NCBI GenBank assembly: GCA_964016885.1
Contig: OZ024744.1
Location: forward strand, 116,684,001 to 116,748,000
Origin: Eledone cirrhosa
Lineage: Eukaryota
DNA length: 64,000 bases
Reading direction: 5' to 3'
The translations under genes and the position numbers were made by a program. The notes under the pieces are model-generated. The model saw nothing but the letters and a program-made list of their open reading frames with translations, did not search any database and was not told the origin of the DNA. Positions 29,001-46,000 of this stretch are shown here, piece after piece (position 1 is the stretch's first letter; the number at the start of each line of letters is the position of its first letter).

Positions 29001-32000
29001 GTGAGATAATGACAATATGAGATAATGACAATGTGAGATAATGACAATGTGAGATAATGACAATGTGAGATAATGACCTATATGAGATAATGACAATGTG
29101 AGATAATGACCAATGTGAGATAACGACCTATGTGAGATAATGACCAATGTGAGATAATGACAATGTGAGATAATGACCAATGTGAGATAATGACAATGTG
29201 AGATAATGACAATGTGAGATAATGACCAATGTGAGATAATGACCAATGTGAGATAATGACCAATGTGAGATAATGACCAATGTGAGATAATGACCAATGT
29301 GAGATAATGACAATGTGAGATAATGACCAATGTGAGATAATGACCAATGTGAGATAATGACCAACGTGAGATAATGACAATGTGAGATAATGACAATGTG
29401 AGATAATGACAATGTGAGATAATGACAATGTGAGATAATGACAATGTGAGATAATGACCAATGTGAGATAATGACAATGTGAGATAATGACAATGTGAGA
29501 TAATGAGCAACGTGAGATAATGACAATGTGAGATAATGACAATGTGAGATGATGACTAATGTGAGATAATGACAACGTGAGAAAATGACAATGTGAGATA
29601 ATGACCAACGTGAGATAATGACAATGTGAGATAATGACAATGTGAGATAATGACAACGTGAGATAATGACAATGTGAGATAATGACAATATGAGATAATG
29701 ACCAATGTGAGATAATGACCAATGTGAGATAATGACAATGTGAGATAATGCCAACTTGAGATAATGACAATGTGAGATAATGACAATATGAGATAATGAC
29801 CAATGTGAGATAATGACAATGTGAGATAATGACAATGTGAGATAATGACAATGTGAGATAATGACCAATGTGAGATAATGACCAATGTGTGATAATGACA
29901 ATGTGAGATAATGACAACTTGAGATAATGACAATGTGAGATAATGACAATATGAGATAATGACCAATGTGAGATAATGACAATGTGAGATAATGACAATG
30001 TGAGATAATGACCAATGTGAGATAATGACCAATGTGTGATAATGACAATGTGAGATAATGACAATGTGAGATAATGACAATGTGAGATAATGACCAATGT
30101 GTGATAATGACAATGTGAGATAATGACAACGTGAGATAATGACAATGTGAGATAATGACAATATGAGGTAATGACCAATGTGAGATAATGACAATGTGAG
30201 ATAATGACAATGTGAGATAATGACCAACATGAGATAATGAAAATGTGAGATAATGACAACGTGAGATAATGACAATGTGAGATAATGACAATGTGAGATA
30301 ATGAGCAATGTGAGATAATGACCAATGTGAGATAACGACCAATGTGAGATAATGACCAATGTGAGATAATGACAATGTGAGATAATGACCAATGTGAGAT
30401 AATGACAATGTGAGATAATGACAATGTGAGATAATGACCAATGTGAGATAATGACCAATGTGAGATAATGACCAATGTGAGATAATGAACAATGTGAGAT
30501 AATGACCAATGTGAGATAATGACAATGTGAGATAATGACCAATGTGAGATAATGACCAATGTGAGATAATGACCAACGTGAGATAATGACAATGTGAGAT
30601 AATGACCAATGTGAGATAATGACCAATGTGAGATAATGACCAACGTGAGATTATTACCAATGTGAGATAATGAGCAATGTGAGATAATTAACAATGTGAG
30701 ATAATGACAATATGAGATAATGACAATGTGAGATAATGACAATGTGAGATAATGACAATGTGAGATAATGACCTATATGAGATAATGACAATGTGAGATA
30801 ATGACCAATGTGAGATAACGACCAATGTGAGATAATGACCAATGTGAGATAATGACAATGTGAGATAATGACCAATGTGAGATAATGACAATGTGAGATA
30901 ATGACAATGTGAGATAATGACCAATGCGAGATAATGACCAATGTGAGATAATGACCAATGTGAGATAATGACCAATGTGAGATAATGACCAATGTGAGAT
31001 AATGACAATGTGAGATAATGACCAATGTGAGATAATGACCAATGTGAGATAATGACCAACGTGAGATAATGACAATGTGAGATAATGACAATGTGAGATA
31101 ATGACAATGTGAGATAATGACAATGTGAGATAATGACAATGTGAGATAATGACCAATGTGAGATAATGACAATGTGAGATAATGACAATGTGAGATGATG
31201 AGCAATGTGAGATAATGACAATGTGAGATAATGACAATGTGAGATGATGACTAATGTGAGATAATGACAACGTGAGATAATGACAATGTGAGATAATGAC
31301 CAACGTGAGATAATGACAATGTGAGATAATGACAATGTGAGATAATGACAACGTGAGATAATGACAATGTGAGATAATGACAATATGAGATAATGACCAA
31401 TGTGAGATAATGACCAATGTGAGATAATGACAATGTGAGATAATGACAACTTGAGATAATGACAATGTGAGATAATGACAATATGAGATAATGACCAATG
31501 TGAGATAATGACAATGTGAGATAATGACAACGTGAGATAATGACAATGTGAGATAATGACAATATGAGATAATGACCAATGTGAGATAATGACAATGTGA
31601 GATAATGACAATGTGAGATAATGACCAACATGAGATAATGAAAATGTGAGATAATGACAACATGAGATAATGACAATGTGAGATAATGACAATGTGAGAT
31701 AATGAGCAATGTGAGATAATGACCAATGTGAGATAATGACCAATGTGAGATAATGACAATGTGAGATAATGACAATGTGAGATAATGACAATGTGAGATA
31801 ATGACAATGTGAGATAATGACCAACATGAGATAATGAAAATGTGAGATAATGACAATGTGAGATAATGACCAACATGAGATAATGACAATGTGAGATAAT
31901 GACAATGTGAGATAATGACCAACATGAGATAATGAAAATGTGAGATAATGACAACGTGAGATAATGACAATGTGAGATAATGACAAAGTGAGATAATGAG

Positions 32001-35000
32001 CAATGTGAGATAATGACCAATGTGAGATAATGACCAATGTGAGATAATGACAATGTGAGATAATGACAATGTGAGATAATGACAATGTGAGATAATGACA
32101 ATGTGAGATAATGAACAATGTGAGATAATGACAATGTGAGATAATGACCAATGTGAGATAATGACTATGTGAGATAATGACCAAAGTGAGATAATGACCA
32201 ATGTGAGATAATGACAATGTGAGATAATGACAATGTGAGATAATGACAATGTGAGATAATGACAATGTGAGATAATGACAATGTGAGATAATGACCAATG
32301 TGAGATAATGACCAATGTGAGATATTGACGATGTGAGATAATGGCAATGTGAGATAATGACAATGTGAGATAATGACAATGTGAGATAATGACCAATATT
32401 AGATAATGACAATGTGAGATAATGACCAATGTGAGATAATGCCCAATGTGAGATAATGACCAATGTGAGATAATGACCAATGTGAGATAATGACAATGTG
32501 AGATAATGACCAATATGAGATAATGACAATGTGAGATAATGACAATGTGAGATAATGACCAATGTGAGATAATGACAATGTGAGATAATGACCAATATGA
32601 GATAATGACAATGTGAGATAATGACCAATGTGAGGTAATGACCAATGGGAGATAATGACAATGTGAGGTAATGACCAATGGGAGATAATGACCAATATGA
32701 GATAATGACAATATGAGATAATGACAATGTGAGATAATGACCAATATGAGATAATGACAATGTGAGATAATGACCAATGTGAGATAATGACCAATGTGAG
32801 ATAATGACCAATGTGAGATAATGACCAATGTGAGATAATGACAATGTGAGATAATGACCAATGTGAGATAATGACAATGTGAGATAATGACCAATGTGAG
32901 ATAATGACCAATGTGAGATATTGACCAATGTGAGATAATGACAATGTGAGATAATGACAATGTGAGATAATGACAATGTGAGATAATGACAATGTGAGAT
33001 AAAGACCAACATGAGATAATGAAAATGTGAGATAATGACAATGTGAGATAATGACCAACATGAGATAATGACAATGTGAGATAATGACAATGTGAGATAA
33101 TGACCAACATGAGATAATGAAAATGTGAGATAATGACAACGTGAGATAATGACAATGTGAGATAATGACAAAGTGAGATAATGAGCAATGTGAGATAATG
33201 ACCAATGTGAGATAATGACCAATGTGAGATAATGACAATGTGAGATAATGACAATGTGAGATAATGACAATGTGTGATAATGACAATGTGAGATAATGAA
33301 CAATGTGAGATAATGACAATGTGAGATAATGACCAATGTGAGATAATGACTATGTGAGATAATGACCAAAGTGAGATAATGACCAATGTGAGATAATGAC
33401 AATGTGAGATAATGACAATGTGAGATAATGACAATGTGAGATAATGACAATGTGAGATAATGACCAATGTGAGATAATGACCAATGTGAGATATTGACGA
33501 TGTGAGATAATGGCAATGTGAGATAATGACAATGTGAGATAATGACAATGTGAGATAATGACCAATATTAGATAATGACAATGTGAGATAATGACCAATG
33601 TGAGATAATGCCCAATGTGAGATAATGACCAATGTGAGATAAAGACCAATGTGAGATAATGACAATGTGAGATAATGACCAATATGAGATAATGACAATG
33701 TGAGATAATGACAATGTGAGATAATGACCAATGTGAGATAATGACAATGTGAGATAATGACCAATATGAGATAATGACAATGTGAGATAATGACCAATGT
33801 GAGGTAATGACCAATGGGAGATAATGACAATGTGAGGTAATGACCAATGGGAGATAATGACCAATATGAGATAATGACAATATGAGATAATGACAATGTG
33901 AGATAATGACCAATATGAGATAATGACAATGTGAGATAATGACCAATGTGAGATAATGACCAATGTGAGATAATGACCAATGTGAGATAATGACCAATGT
34001 GAGATAATGACAATGTGAGATAATGACCAATGTGAGATAATGACAATGTGAGATAATGACCAATGTGAGATAATGACCAATGTGAGATATTGACCAACGT
34101 GAGATAATGACCAATGTGAGATAATGACCAATGTGAGATAATGACAATGTGAGATAATGACAATGTGAGATAATGACAATGTGAGATAATGACCAATGTT
34201 AGATAATGACCAATGTGAGATAATGACAATGTGAGATAATGACCAATGTGAGATAATGACAAAGTGAGATAATGACAATGTGACATAATGACAATGTGAG
34301 ATCATGACAATGTGAGATAATGACAACGTGAGATAATGACCAATGTGAGATAACGACCAATGGGAGATAATGACAATGTGAGATAATGACAATGTGAGAT
34401 AATGAAAATGTGAGATAATGACAATGTGACATAATGACAATGTGAGATCATGACAATGTGAGATAATGACAATGTGAGATAATGACCAATGTGAGATAAT
34501 GACAATGTGAGATAATGACAATGTGAGATAATGACCAATGTGAGATAATGACAATGTGAGATAATGACCAATGTGAGATAATGACCAATGTGAGATAATG
34601 ACAATGTGAGATAATGACCAATGTGAGATCATGACAATGTGAGATAATGACAATGTGAGATAATGACCAATGTGAGATAATGACAATGTGAGATAATGGC
34701 AATGTGAGATAATGACCAATGTGAGATAACGACCAATGGGAGATAATGACAATGTGAGATAATGACAATGTGAGATAATGACAATGTGAGATAATGACCA
34801 ATATGAGATAATGACAATGTGAGATAATGACCAATGTGAGATAACGACCAATGTGAGATAATGACCAATGTGAGATAATGACAATGTGAGATAATGACCA
34901 ATGTGAGATAATGACAATGTGAGATAATGACCAATGTGAGATAATGACCAATGTGAGATAATGACAATGTGAGATAATGACAATGTGAGATAATGACAAT

Positions 35001-38000
35001 GTGAGATAATGACAATGTGAGAAAATGACGAACATGAGATAATGAAAATGTGAGATAATGACAATGTGAGATAATGACCAACATGAGATAATGACAATGT
35101 GAGATAATGACAATGTGAGATAATGACCAACATGAGATAATGAAAATGTGAGATAATGACAACGTGAGATAATGACAATGTGAGATAATGACAATGTGAG
35201 ATAATGAGCAATGTGAGATAATGACCAATGTGAGATAATGACAATGTGAGATAATGAACAATGTGAGATAATGACAATGTGAGATAATGACCAATGTGAG
35301 ATAATGACTATGTGAGATAATGACCATGTGAGATAATGACAATGTGAGATAATGACCAATGTGAGATAATGACAATGTAAGATAATGACCAATGTGAGAT
35401 AATGACAATGTGAGATAATGACAATGTGAGATAATGACCAATGTGAGATAATGACAATGTGAGATAATGACAACGTGAGATAATGACCAATGTGAGATAA
35501 TGACAATGTGAGATAATGACAATGTGAGATAATGACCAATGTGAGATAATGACAATGTGAGATAATGACAATGTGAGATAATGACCAATGTGAGATAATG
35601 ACAATGTGAGATAATGCCCAAGTTAGATAATGACCAAAGTGAGATAATGACCAATGTGAGATAATGACAATGTAAGATAATGACAATGTGAGATAATGAC
35701 AATGTGAGATAATGACCAATGTGAGATAATGACCAATGTGAGATATTGACGATGTGAGATAATGACAATGTGAGATAATGACAATGTGAGATAATGACAA
35801 TGTGAGATAATGACCAATATGAGATAATGACAATGTGAGATAATGACCAATGTGAGATAATGCCCAATGTGAGATAATGACCAATGTGAGATAATGACCA
35901 ATGTGAGATAATGACAATGTGAGATAATGACCAATATGAGATAATGACAATGTGAGATAATGACAATGTGAGATAATGACCAATGTGAGATAATGACAAT
36001 GTGAGATAATGACCAATATGAGATAATGACAATGTGAGATAATGACCAATGTGAGGTAATGACCAATGGGAGATAATGACAATGTGAGGTAATGACCAAT
36101 GGGAGATAATGACCAATATGAGATAATGACAATATGAGATAATGACAACGTGAGATAATGACCAATATGAGATAATGACAATGTGAGATAATGACCAATG
36201 TGAGATAATGACCAATGTGAGATAATGACCAATGTGAGATAATGACCAATGTGAGATAATGACCAATGTCATATAATGACCAATGTGAGATAATGACAAT
36301 GTGAGATAATGACCAATGTGAGATAATGACAATGTGAGATAATGACCAATGTGAGATAATGACCAATGTAAGATATTGACCAACGTGAGATAATGAGCAA
36401 TGTGAGATAATGACCAATGTGAGATAATGACAATGTGAGATAATGACAACGTGAGATAATGACAATGTGAGATAATGAACAATGTGAGATAATGACCAAT
36501 GTGAGATAATGACAATGTGAGATAATGACCTATATGAGATAATGACAATGTGAGATAATGACCAATGTGAGATAACGACCAATGTGAGATAATGACCAAT
36601 GTGAGATAATGACAATGTGAGATAATGACCAATGTGAGATAATGACAATGTGAGATAATGACAATGTGAGATAATGACCAATGTGAGATAATGACCAATG
36701 TGAGATAATGACCAATGTGAGATAATGACCAATGTGAGATAATGACAATGTGAGATAATGACCAATGTGAGATAATGACCAATGTGAGATAATGACCAAC
36801 GTGAGATAATGACAATGTGAGATAATGACAATGTGAGATAATGACAATGTGAGATAATGACAATGTGAGATAATGACAATGTGAGATAATGACCAATGTG
36901 AGATAATGACAATGTGAGATAATGACAATGTGAGATAATGAGCAATGTGAGATAATGACAATGTGAGATAATGACAATGTGAGATGATGACTAATGTGAG
37001 ATAATGACAACGTGAGATAATGACAATGTGAGATAATGACCAACGTGAGATAATGACAATGTGAGATAATGACAATGTGAGATAATGACAACGTGAGATA
37101 ATTACAATGTGAGATAATGACAATATGAGATAATGACCAATGTGAGATAATGACCAATGTGAGATAATGACAATGTGAGATAATGACAACTTGAGATAAT
37201 GACAATGTGAGATAATGACAATATGAGATAATGACCAATGTGAGATAATGACAATGTGAGATAATGACAACGTGAGATAATGACAATGTGAGATAATGAC
37301 AATATGAGATAATGACCAATGTGAGATAATGCAATGTGAGATAATGACAATGTGAGATAATGACCAACATGAGATAATGAAAATGTGAGATAATGACAAC
37401 GTGAGATAATGACAATGTGAGATAATGACAAAGTGAGATAATGAGCAATGTGAGATAATGACCAATGTGAGATAATGACCAATGTGAGATAATGACAATG
37501 TGAGATAATGACAATGTGAGATAATGACAATGTGAGATAATGACAATGTGAGATAATGAACAATGTGAGATAATGACAATGTGAGATAATGACCAATGTG
37601 AGATAATGACTATGTGAGATAATGACCAAAGTGAGATAATGACCAATGTGAGATAACGACAATGTGAGATAATGACAATGTGAGATAATGACAATGTGAG
37701 ATAATGACAATGTGAGATAATGACAATGTGAGATAATGACCAATGTGAGATAATGACCAATGTGAGATATTGACGATGTGAGATAATGACAATGTGAGAT
37801 AATGACAATGTGAGATAATGACAATGTGAGATAATGACCAATATGAGATAATGACAATGTGAGATAATGACCAATGTGAGATAATGCCCAATGTGAGATA
37901 ATGACCAATGTGAGATAATGACCAATGTGAGATAATGACAATGTGAGATAATGACCAATGTGAGGTAATGACCAATGGGAGATAATGACAATGTGAGGTA

Positions 38001-41000
38001 ATGAACAATGGGAGATAATGACCAATATGAGATAATGACAATATGAGATAATGACAATGTGAGATAATGACCAATATGAGATGATGACAATGTGAGATAA
38101 TGACCAATGTGAGATAATGACCAATGTGAGATAATGACCAATGTGAGATAATGACCAATGTGAGATAATGACCAATGTGAGATAATGACAATGTGAGATA
38201 ATGACCAATGTGATATAATGACCAATGTGAGATAATGACAATGTGAGATAATGACCAATGTGAGATAATGACAATGTGAGATAATGACCAATGTGAGATA
38301 ATGACCAATGTGAGATATTGACCAACGTGAGATAATGACCAATGTGAGATAATGACCAATGTGAGATAATGACAATGTGAGATAATGACAATGTGAGATA
38401 ATGACAATGTGAGATAATGACCAATGTGAGATAATGACCAATGTGAGATAATGACAATGTGAGATAATGACCAATGTGAGATAATGACAATGTGAGATAA
38501 TGACAATGTGACATAATGACAATGTGAGATCATGACAATGTGAGATAATGACAACGTGAGATAATGACCAATGTGAGATAACGACCAATGGGAGATAATG
38601 ACAATGTGAGATAATGACAATGTGAGATAATGAAAATGTGAGATAATGACAATGTGACATAATGACAATGTGAGATCATGACAATGTGAGATAATGACCA
38701 ATGTGAGATAACGACCAATGGGAGATAATGACAATGTGAGATAATGACAATGTAAGATAATGACAATGTGAGATAATGACCAATATGAGATAATGACAAT
38801 GTGAGATAATGACCAATGTGAGATAACGACCAATGTGAGATAATGACCAATGTGAGATAATGACAATGTGAGATAATGACCAATGTGAGATAATGACAAT
38901 GTGAGATAATGACAATGTGAGATAATGACCAATGTGAGATAATGACCAATGTGAGATAATGACCAATGTGAGATAATGAACAATGTGAGATAATGACCAA
39001 CGTGAGATAATGACAATGTGAGATAATGACCAATGTGAGATAATGACCAATGTGAGATAATGACCAACGTGAGATAATGACCAATGTGAGATAATGAGCA
39101 ATGTGAGATAATTAACAATGTGAGATAATGACAATATGAGATAATGACAATGTGAGATAATGACAATGTGAGATAATGACAATGTGAGATAATGACCTAT
39201 ATGAGATAATGACAATGTGAGATAATGACCAATGTGAGATAACGACCAATGTGAGATAATGACCAATGTGAGATAATGACAATGTGAAATAATGACCAAT
39301 GTGAGATAATGAACGATGTGAGATAATGACCAACGTGAGATAATGACAATGTGAGATAATGACCAATGTGAGATAATGACCAATGTGAGATAATGACCAA
39401 CGTGAGATAATGACCAATGTGAGATAATGAGCAATGTGAGATAATTAACAATGTGAGATAATGACAATATGAGATAATGACAATGTGAGATAATGACAAT
39501 GTGAGATAATGACAATGTGAGATAATGACCTATATGAGATAATGACAATGTGAGATAATGACCAATGTGAGATAACGACCAATGTGAGATAATGACCAAT
39601 GTGAGATAATGACAATGTGAAATAATGACCAATGTGAGATAATGACAATGTGAGATAATGACAATGTGAGATAATGACAATGTGAGATAATGACAATGTG
39701 AGATAATGACCAATGTGAGATAATGTCAATGTGAGATAATGACAATGTGAGATAATGAGCAATGTGAGATAATGACAATGTGAGATAATGAAAATGTGAG
39801 ATGATGACTAATGTGATATAATGACAACGTGAGATAATGACAATGTGAGATAATGACCAACGTGAGATAATGACAATGTGAGATAATGACAATGTGAGAT
39901 AATGACAATATGAGATAATGACCAATGTGAGATAATGACCAATGTGAGATAATGACAATGTGAGATAATGACAACTTGAGATAATGACAATGTGAGATAA
40001 TGACAATATGAGATAATGACCAATGTGAGATAATGACAATGTGAGATAATGACAACGTGAGATAATGACAATGTGAGATAATGACAATATGAGATAATGA
40101 CCAATGTGAGATAATGACAATGTGAGATAATGACAATGTGAGATAATGACCAACATGAGATAATGAAAATGTGAGATAATGACAACGTGAGATAATGACA
40201 ATGTGAGATAATGACAATGTGAGATAATGAGCAATGTGAGATAATGACCAATGTGAGATAATGACCAATGTGAGATAATGACAATGTGAGATAATGACAA
40301 TGTGAGATAATGACAATGTGAGATAATGACAATGTGAGATAATGACCAACATGAGATAATGAAAATGTGAGATAATGACAATGTGAGATAATGACCAACA
40401 TGAGATAATGACAATGTGAGATAATGACAATGTGAGATAATGACCAACATGAGATAATGAAAATGTGAGATAATGACAACGTGAGATAATGACAATGTGA
40501 GATAATGACAATGTGAGATAATGACCAATGTGAGATAATGACCAATGTGAGATAATGACAATGTGAGATAATGACAATGTGAGATAATGACAATGTGAGA
40601 TAATGACAATGTGAGATAATGAACAATGTGAGATAATGACAATGTGAGATAATGACCAATGTGAGATAATGACTATGTGAGATAATGACAATGTGAGATA
40701 ATGACAATGTGAGATAATGACCAATGTGAGATAATGACAATGTAAGATAATGACCAATGTGAGATAATGACAATGTGAGATAATGACAATGTGAGATAAT
40801 GACCAATGTGAGATAATGACAATGTGAGATAATGACAATGTGAGATAATGACCAATGTGAGATAACGACAATGTGAGATAATGACAATGTGAGATAATGA
40901 CCAATGTGAGATAATGACAATGTGAGATAATGACAATGTGAGATAATGACCAATGTGAGATAATGACAATGTGAGATAATGCCCAAGTTAGATAATGACC

Positions 41001-44000
41001 AAAGTGAGATAATGACCAATGTGAGATAATGACAATGTGAGATAATGACAATGTGAGATAATGACAATGTGAGATAATGACAATGTAAGATAATGACAAT
41101 GTGAGATGATGACCAATGTGAGATAATGACCAATGTGAGATATTGACGATGTGAGATAATGACAATGTGAGATAATGACAATGTGAGATAATGACAATGT
41201 GAGATAATGACCAATATGAGATAATGACAATGTGAGATAATGACCAATGTGAGATAATGCCCAATGTGAGATAATGACCAATGTGAGATAATGACCAATG
41301 TGAGATAATGACAATGTGAGATAATGACCAATATGAGATAATGACAACGTGAGATAATGACAATGTGAGATAATGACCAATGTGAGATAATGACAATGTG
41401 AGATAATGACCAATATGAGATAATGACAATGTGAGATAATGACCAATGTGAGGTAATGACCAATGGGAGATAATGACAATGTGAGGTAATGACCAATGGG
41501 AGATAATGACCAATATGAGATAATGACAATATGAGATAATGACAATGTGAGATAATGACCAATATGAGATAATGACAATGTGAGATAATGACCAATGTGA
41601 GATAATGACCAATGTGAGATAATGACCAATGTGAGATAATGACCAATGTGAGATAATGACCAATGTGAGATAATGACCAATGTGATATAATGACCAATGT
41701 GAGATAATGACAATGTGAGATAATGACCAATGTGAGATAATGACAATGTGAGATAATGACCAATGTGAGATAATGACCAATGTAAGATATTGACCAACGT
41801 GAGATAATGACCAATGTGAGATAATGACCAATGTGAGATAATGACAATGTGAGATAATGACAATGTGAGATAATGACAATGTGAGATAATGAACAATGTG
41901 AGATAATGACCAATGTAAGATAATGACAATGTGAGATAATGACAATGTGAGATAATGACAATTTGAGATAATGACAATGTGAGATAATGACCAATGTGAG
42001 ATAATGAACAATGTGAGATAATGACCAAAGTGAGATAATGAACAATGTGAGATAATGACCAATGTGAGATAATGACAATGTGAGATAATGACAACGTGAG
42101 ATAATGACAATTTGAGATAATGACAATGTGAGATAATGACCAATGTGAGATAATGAGAACGTGTGATAATGACAATGTGAGATAATGACAATGTGAGATA
42201 ATGACAATGTGAGATAATGACAATGTGAGATAATGACAATGTGAGATAATGACCAATGTGAGATAATGACAATGTGAGATAATGACAATGTGAGATAATG
42301 ACAATGTGAGATAATGACAATGTGATATAATGACAATGTGAGATAATGACAATGTGAGATAATGACAATGTGAGATAATGACAATGTGAGATAATGACCA
42401 ATGTGAGAAAATGACAATGTGAGATAATGACCAATGTTAGATAATGACCAATTGGAGATAATGACCAATGTGAGATAATTACAATATGAGATAATGACCA
42501 ATGTGAGATAATGATAACGTGAGATAATGACCAATATGAGATAATGACAATATGAGATAGATAATGACAATGTGAGATGATGACTAATGTGAGATAATGA
42601 CCAATGTGAGATAATGACAATGTGAGATAATGACCAATGTGAGATAATGACAATGTGAGATAATGACAATGTGAGATAATGACCAATGTAAGATAATGAC
42701 CAATGGGAGATAACGACCAATGGGAGATAATGACAATGTGAGATAATGACAATGTGAGATAATGACAATGTGACATAATGACAATGTGAGATTATGACAA
42801 TGTTAGATAATGACGATGTGAGATTATGACAATGTGAGATAATGACAATGTGAGATAATGACAACGTGAGATAATGACCAATGTGAGATAATGACCAATG
42901 TGAGATAATGACAAACGTAAGATAATGACCAATGTGAGATAATGACAAATGTGAGATAACGACCAATGGCAGATAATGACAATGTGAGATAATGACAAAT
43001 GTGAGATAACGACCAATGGGAGATAATGACAATGTGAGATAATGACAAATGTGAGATAACGACCAATGGGAGATAATGACAACGTGAGATAATGACAATG
43101 TGAGATAATGACCAATGTGAGATAATGACAATGGGAGATAATGACCAATGTGAGATAATGACAATGTGAGATAATGACCAATGTGAGATAATGACAATGT
43201 GAGATAATAACAATGTGAGACAATGACCAATGTGAGATAATGACCAATGGGAGATAATGACAATGTGAGATAATGACAATGTGAGATAATGACCTATATG
43301 AGATAATGACAATGTGAGATAATGACCAATGTGAGATAACGACCAATGTGAGATAATGACCAATGTGAGATAATGACAATGTGAGATAATGACCTATATG
43401 AGATAATGACAATGTGAGATAATGACAATGTGAGATAATGACCAATGTGAGATAATGACCAATGTGAGATAATGACCAATGTGAGATAATGACCAATGTG
43501 AGATAATGACAATGTGAGATAATGACCAATGTGAGATAATGACCAATGTGAGATAATGACCAACGTGAGATAATGACAATGTGAGATAATGACAATGTGA
43601 GATAATGACAATGTGAGATAATGACAATGTGAGATAATGACAATGTGAGATAATGACCAATGTGAGATAATGACAATGTGAGATAATGACAATGTGAGAT
43701 AATGAGCAATGTGAGATAATGACAATGTGAGATAATGACAATGTGAGATGATGACTAATGTGAGATAATGACAACGTGAGATAATGACAATGTGAGATAA
43801 TGACCAACGTGAGATAATGACAATGTGAGATAATGACAATGTGAGATAATGACAACGTGAGATAATGACAATGTGAGATAATGACAATATGAGATAATGA
43901 CCAATGTGAGATAATGACCAATGTGAGATAATGACAATGTGAGATAATGACAACTTGAGATAATGACAATGTGAGATAATGACAATATGAGATAATGACC

Positions 44001-46000
44001 AATGTGAGATAGTGACAATGTGAGATAATGACAACGTGAGATAATGACAATGTGAGATAATGACAATATGAGATAATGACCAATGTGAGATAATGACAAT
44101 GTGAGATAATGACAATGTGAGATAATGACCAACATGAGATAATGAAAATGTGAGATAATGACAACGTGAGATAATGACAATGTGAGATAATGACAATGTG
44201 AGATAATGAGCTATGTGAGATAATGACCAATGTGAGATAATGACCAAGGTGAGATAATGACAATGTGAGATAATGACAATGTGAGATAATGACAATGTGA
44301 GATAATGACAATGTGAGATAATGACCAACATGAGATAATGAAAATGTGAGATAATGACAATGTGAGATAATGACCAACATGAGATAATGACAATGTGAGA
44401 TAATGACAATGTGAGATAATGACCAACATGAGATAATGAAAATGTGAGATAATGACAACGTGAGATAATGACAATGTGAGATAATGACAATGTGAGATAA
44501 TGAGCAATGTGAGATAATGACCAATGTGAGATAATGACCAATGTGAGATAATGACAATGTGAGATAATGACAATGTGAGATAATGACAATGTGAGATAAT
44601 GACAATGTGACATAATGACAATGTGAGATTATGACAATGTGAGATAATGACAATGTGAGATTATGACATTGTGAGATAATGACAATGTGAGATAATGACA
44701 ACGTGAGATAATGACCAATGTGAGATAATGACCAATGTGAGATAATGACAAACGTGAGATAATGACCAATGTGAGATAATGACAAATGTGAGATAACGAC
44801 CAATGGGAGATAATGACAATGTGAGATAATGACAAATGTGAGATAACGACCAATGGGAGATAATGACAATGTGAGATAATGACAAATGTGAGATAACGAC
44901 CAATGGGAGATAATGACAACGTGAGATAATGACAATGTGAGATAATGACCAATGTGAGATAATGACAATGTGAGATAATGACCAATGTGAGATAATGACA
45001 ATGTGAGATAATGACCAATGTGAGATAATGACAATGTGAGATAATGACAATGTGAGATAATGACCAATGTGAGATAATGACCAATGGGAGATAATGACAA
45101 TGTGAGATAATGACAATGTGAGATAATGACCTATATGAGATAATGACAATGTGAGATAATGACCAATGTGAGATAACGACCAATGTGAGATAATGACCAA
45201 TGTGAGATAATGACAATGTGAGATAATGACCAATGTGAGATAATGACAATGTGAGATAATGACAATGTGAGATAATGACCAATGTGAGATAATGACCAAT
45301 GTGAGATAATGACCAATGTGAGATAATGACCAATGTGAGATAATGACAATGTGAGATAATGACCAATGTGAGATAATGACCAATGTGAGATAATGACAAT
45401 GGGAGATGATGACTAATGTGAGATAATGACAACGTGAGATAATGACAATGTGAGATAATGACCAACGTGAGATAATGACAATGTGAGATAATGACAATGT
45501 GAGATAATGACAACGTGAGATAATGACAATGTGAGATAATGGCAATATGAGATAATGACCAATGTGAGATAATGACAATGTGAGATAATGACAACTTGAG
45601 ATAATGACAATATGAGATAATGACAACGTGAGATAATGACCAATGTGAGATAATGACAACGTCAGATAATGACAATGTGAGATAATGACAATATGAGATA
45701 ATGACCAATGTGAGATAATGACAATGTGAGATAATGACAATGTGAGATAATGACCAACATGAGATAATGAAAATGTGAGATAATGACAACGTGAGATAAT
45801 GACAATGTGAGATAATGACCAATGTGAGATAATGACAATGTGAGATAATGACAATGTGAGATAATGACAATGTGAGATAATGAGCAATGTGAGATAATGA
45901 CCAATGTGAGATAATGACCAATGTGAGATAATGACAATGTGAGATAATGACAATGTGAGATAATGACAATGTGAGATAATGACAATATGACATAATGACA
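29000..46000 (+). repeat. Array domain C: variant set CCAACATG-GAAAATG, GATGATGACTAATG, CAACTTG, GACCTATATG, GCCCAATG, GATATTGAC
   Basis: These variants are absent or rare before about 24-29 kb and recur many times here. Duplicated blocks are at offsets 1695 (28959/30654) and 1185 (32165/33350). Boundaries are approximate. Confidence 0.75.
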
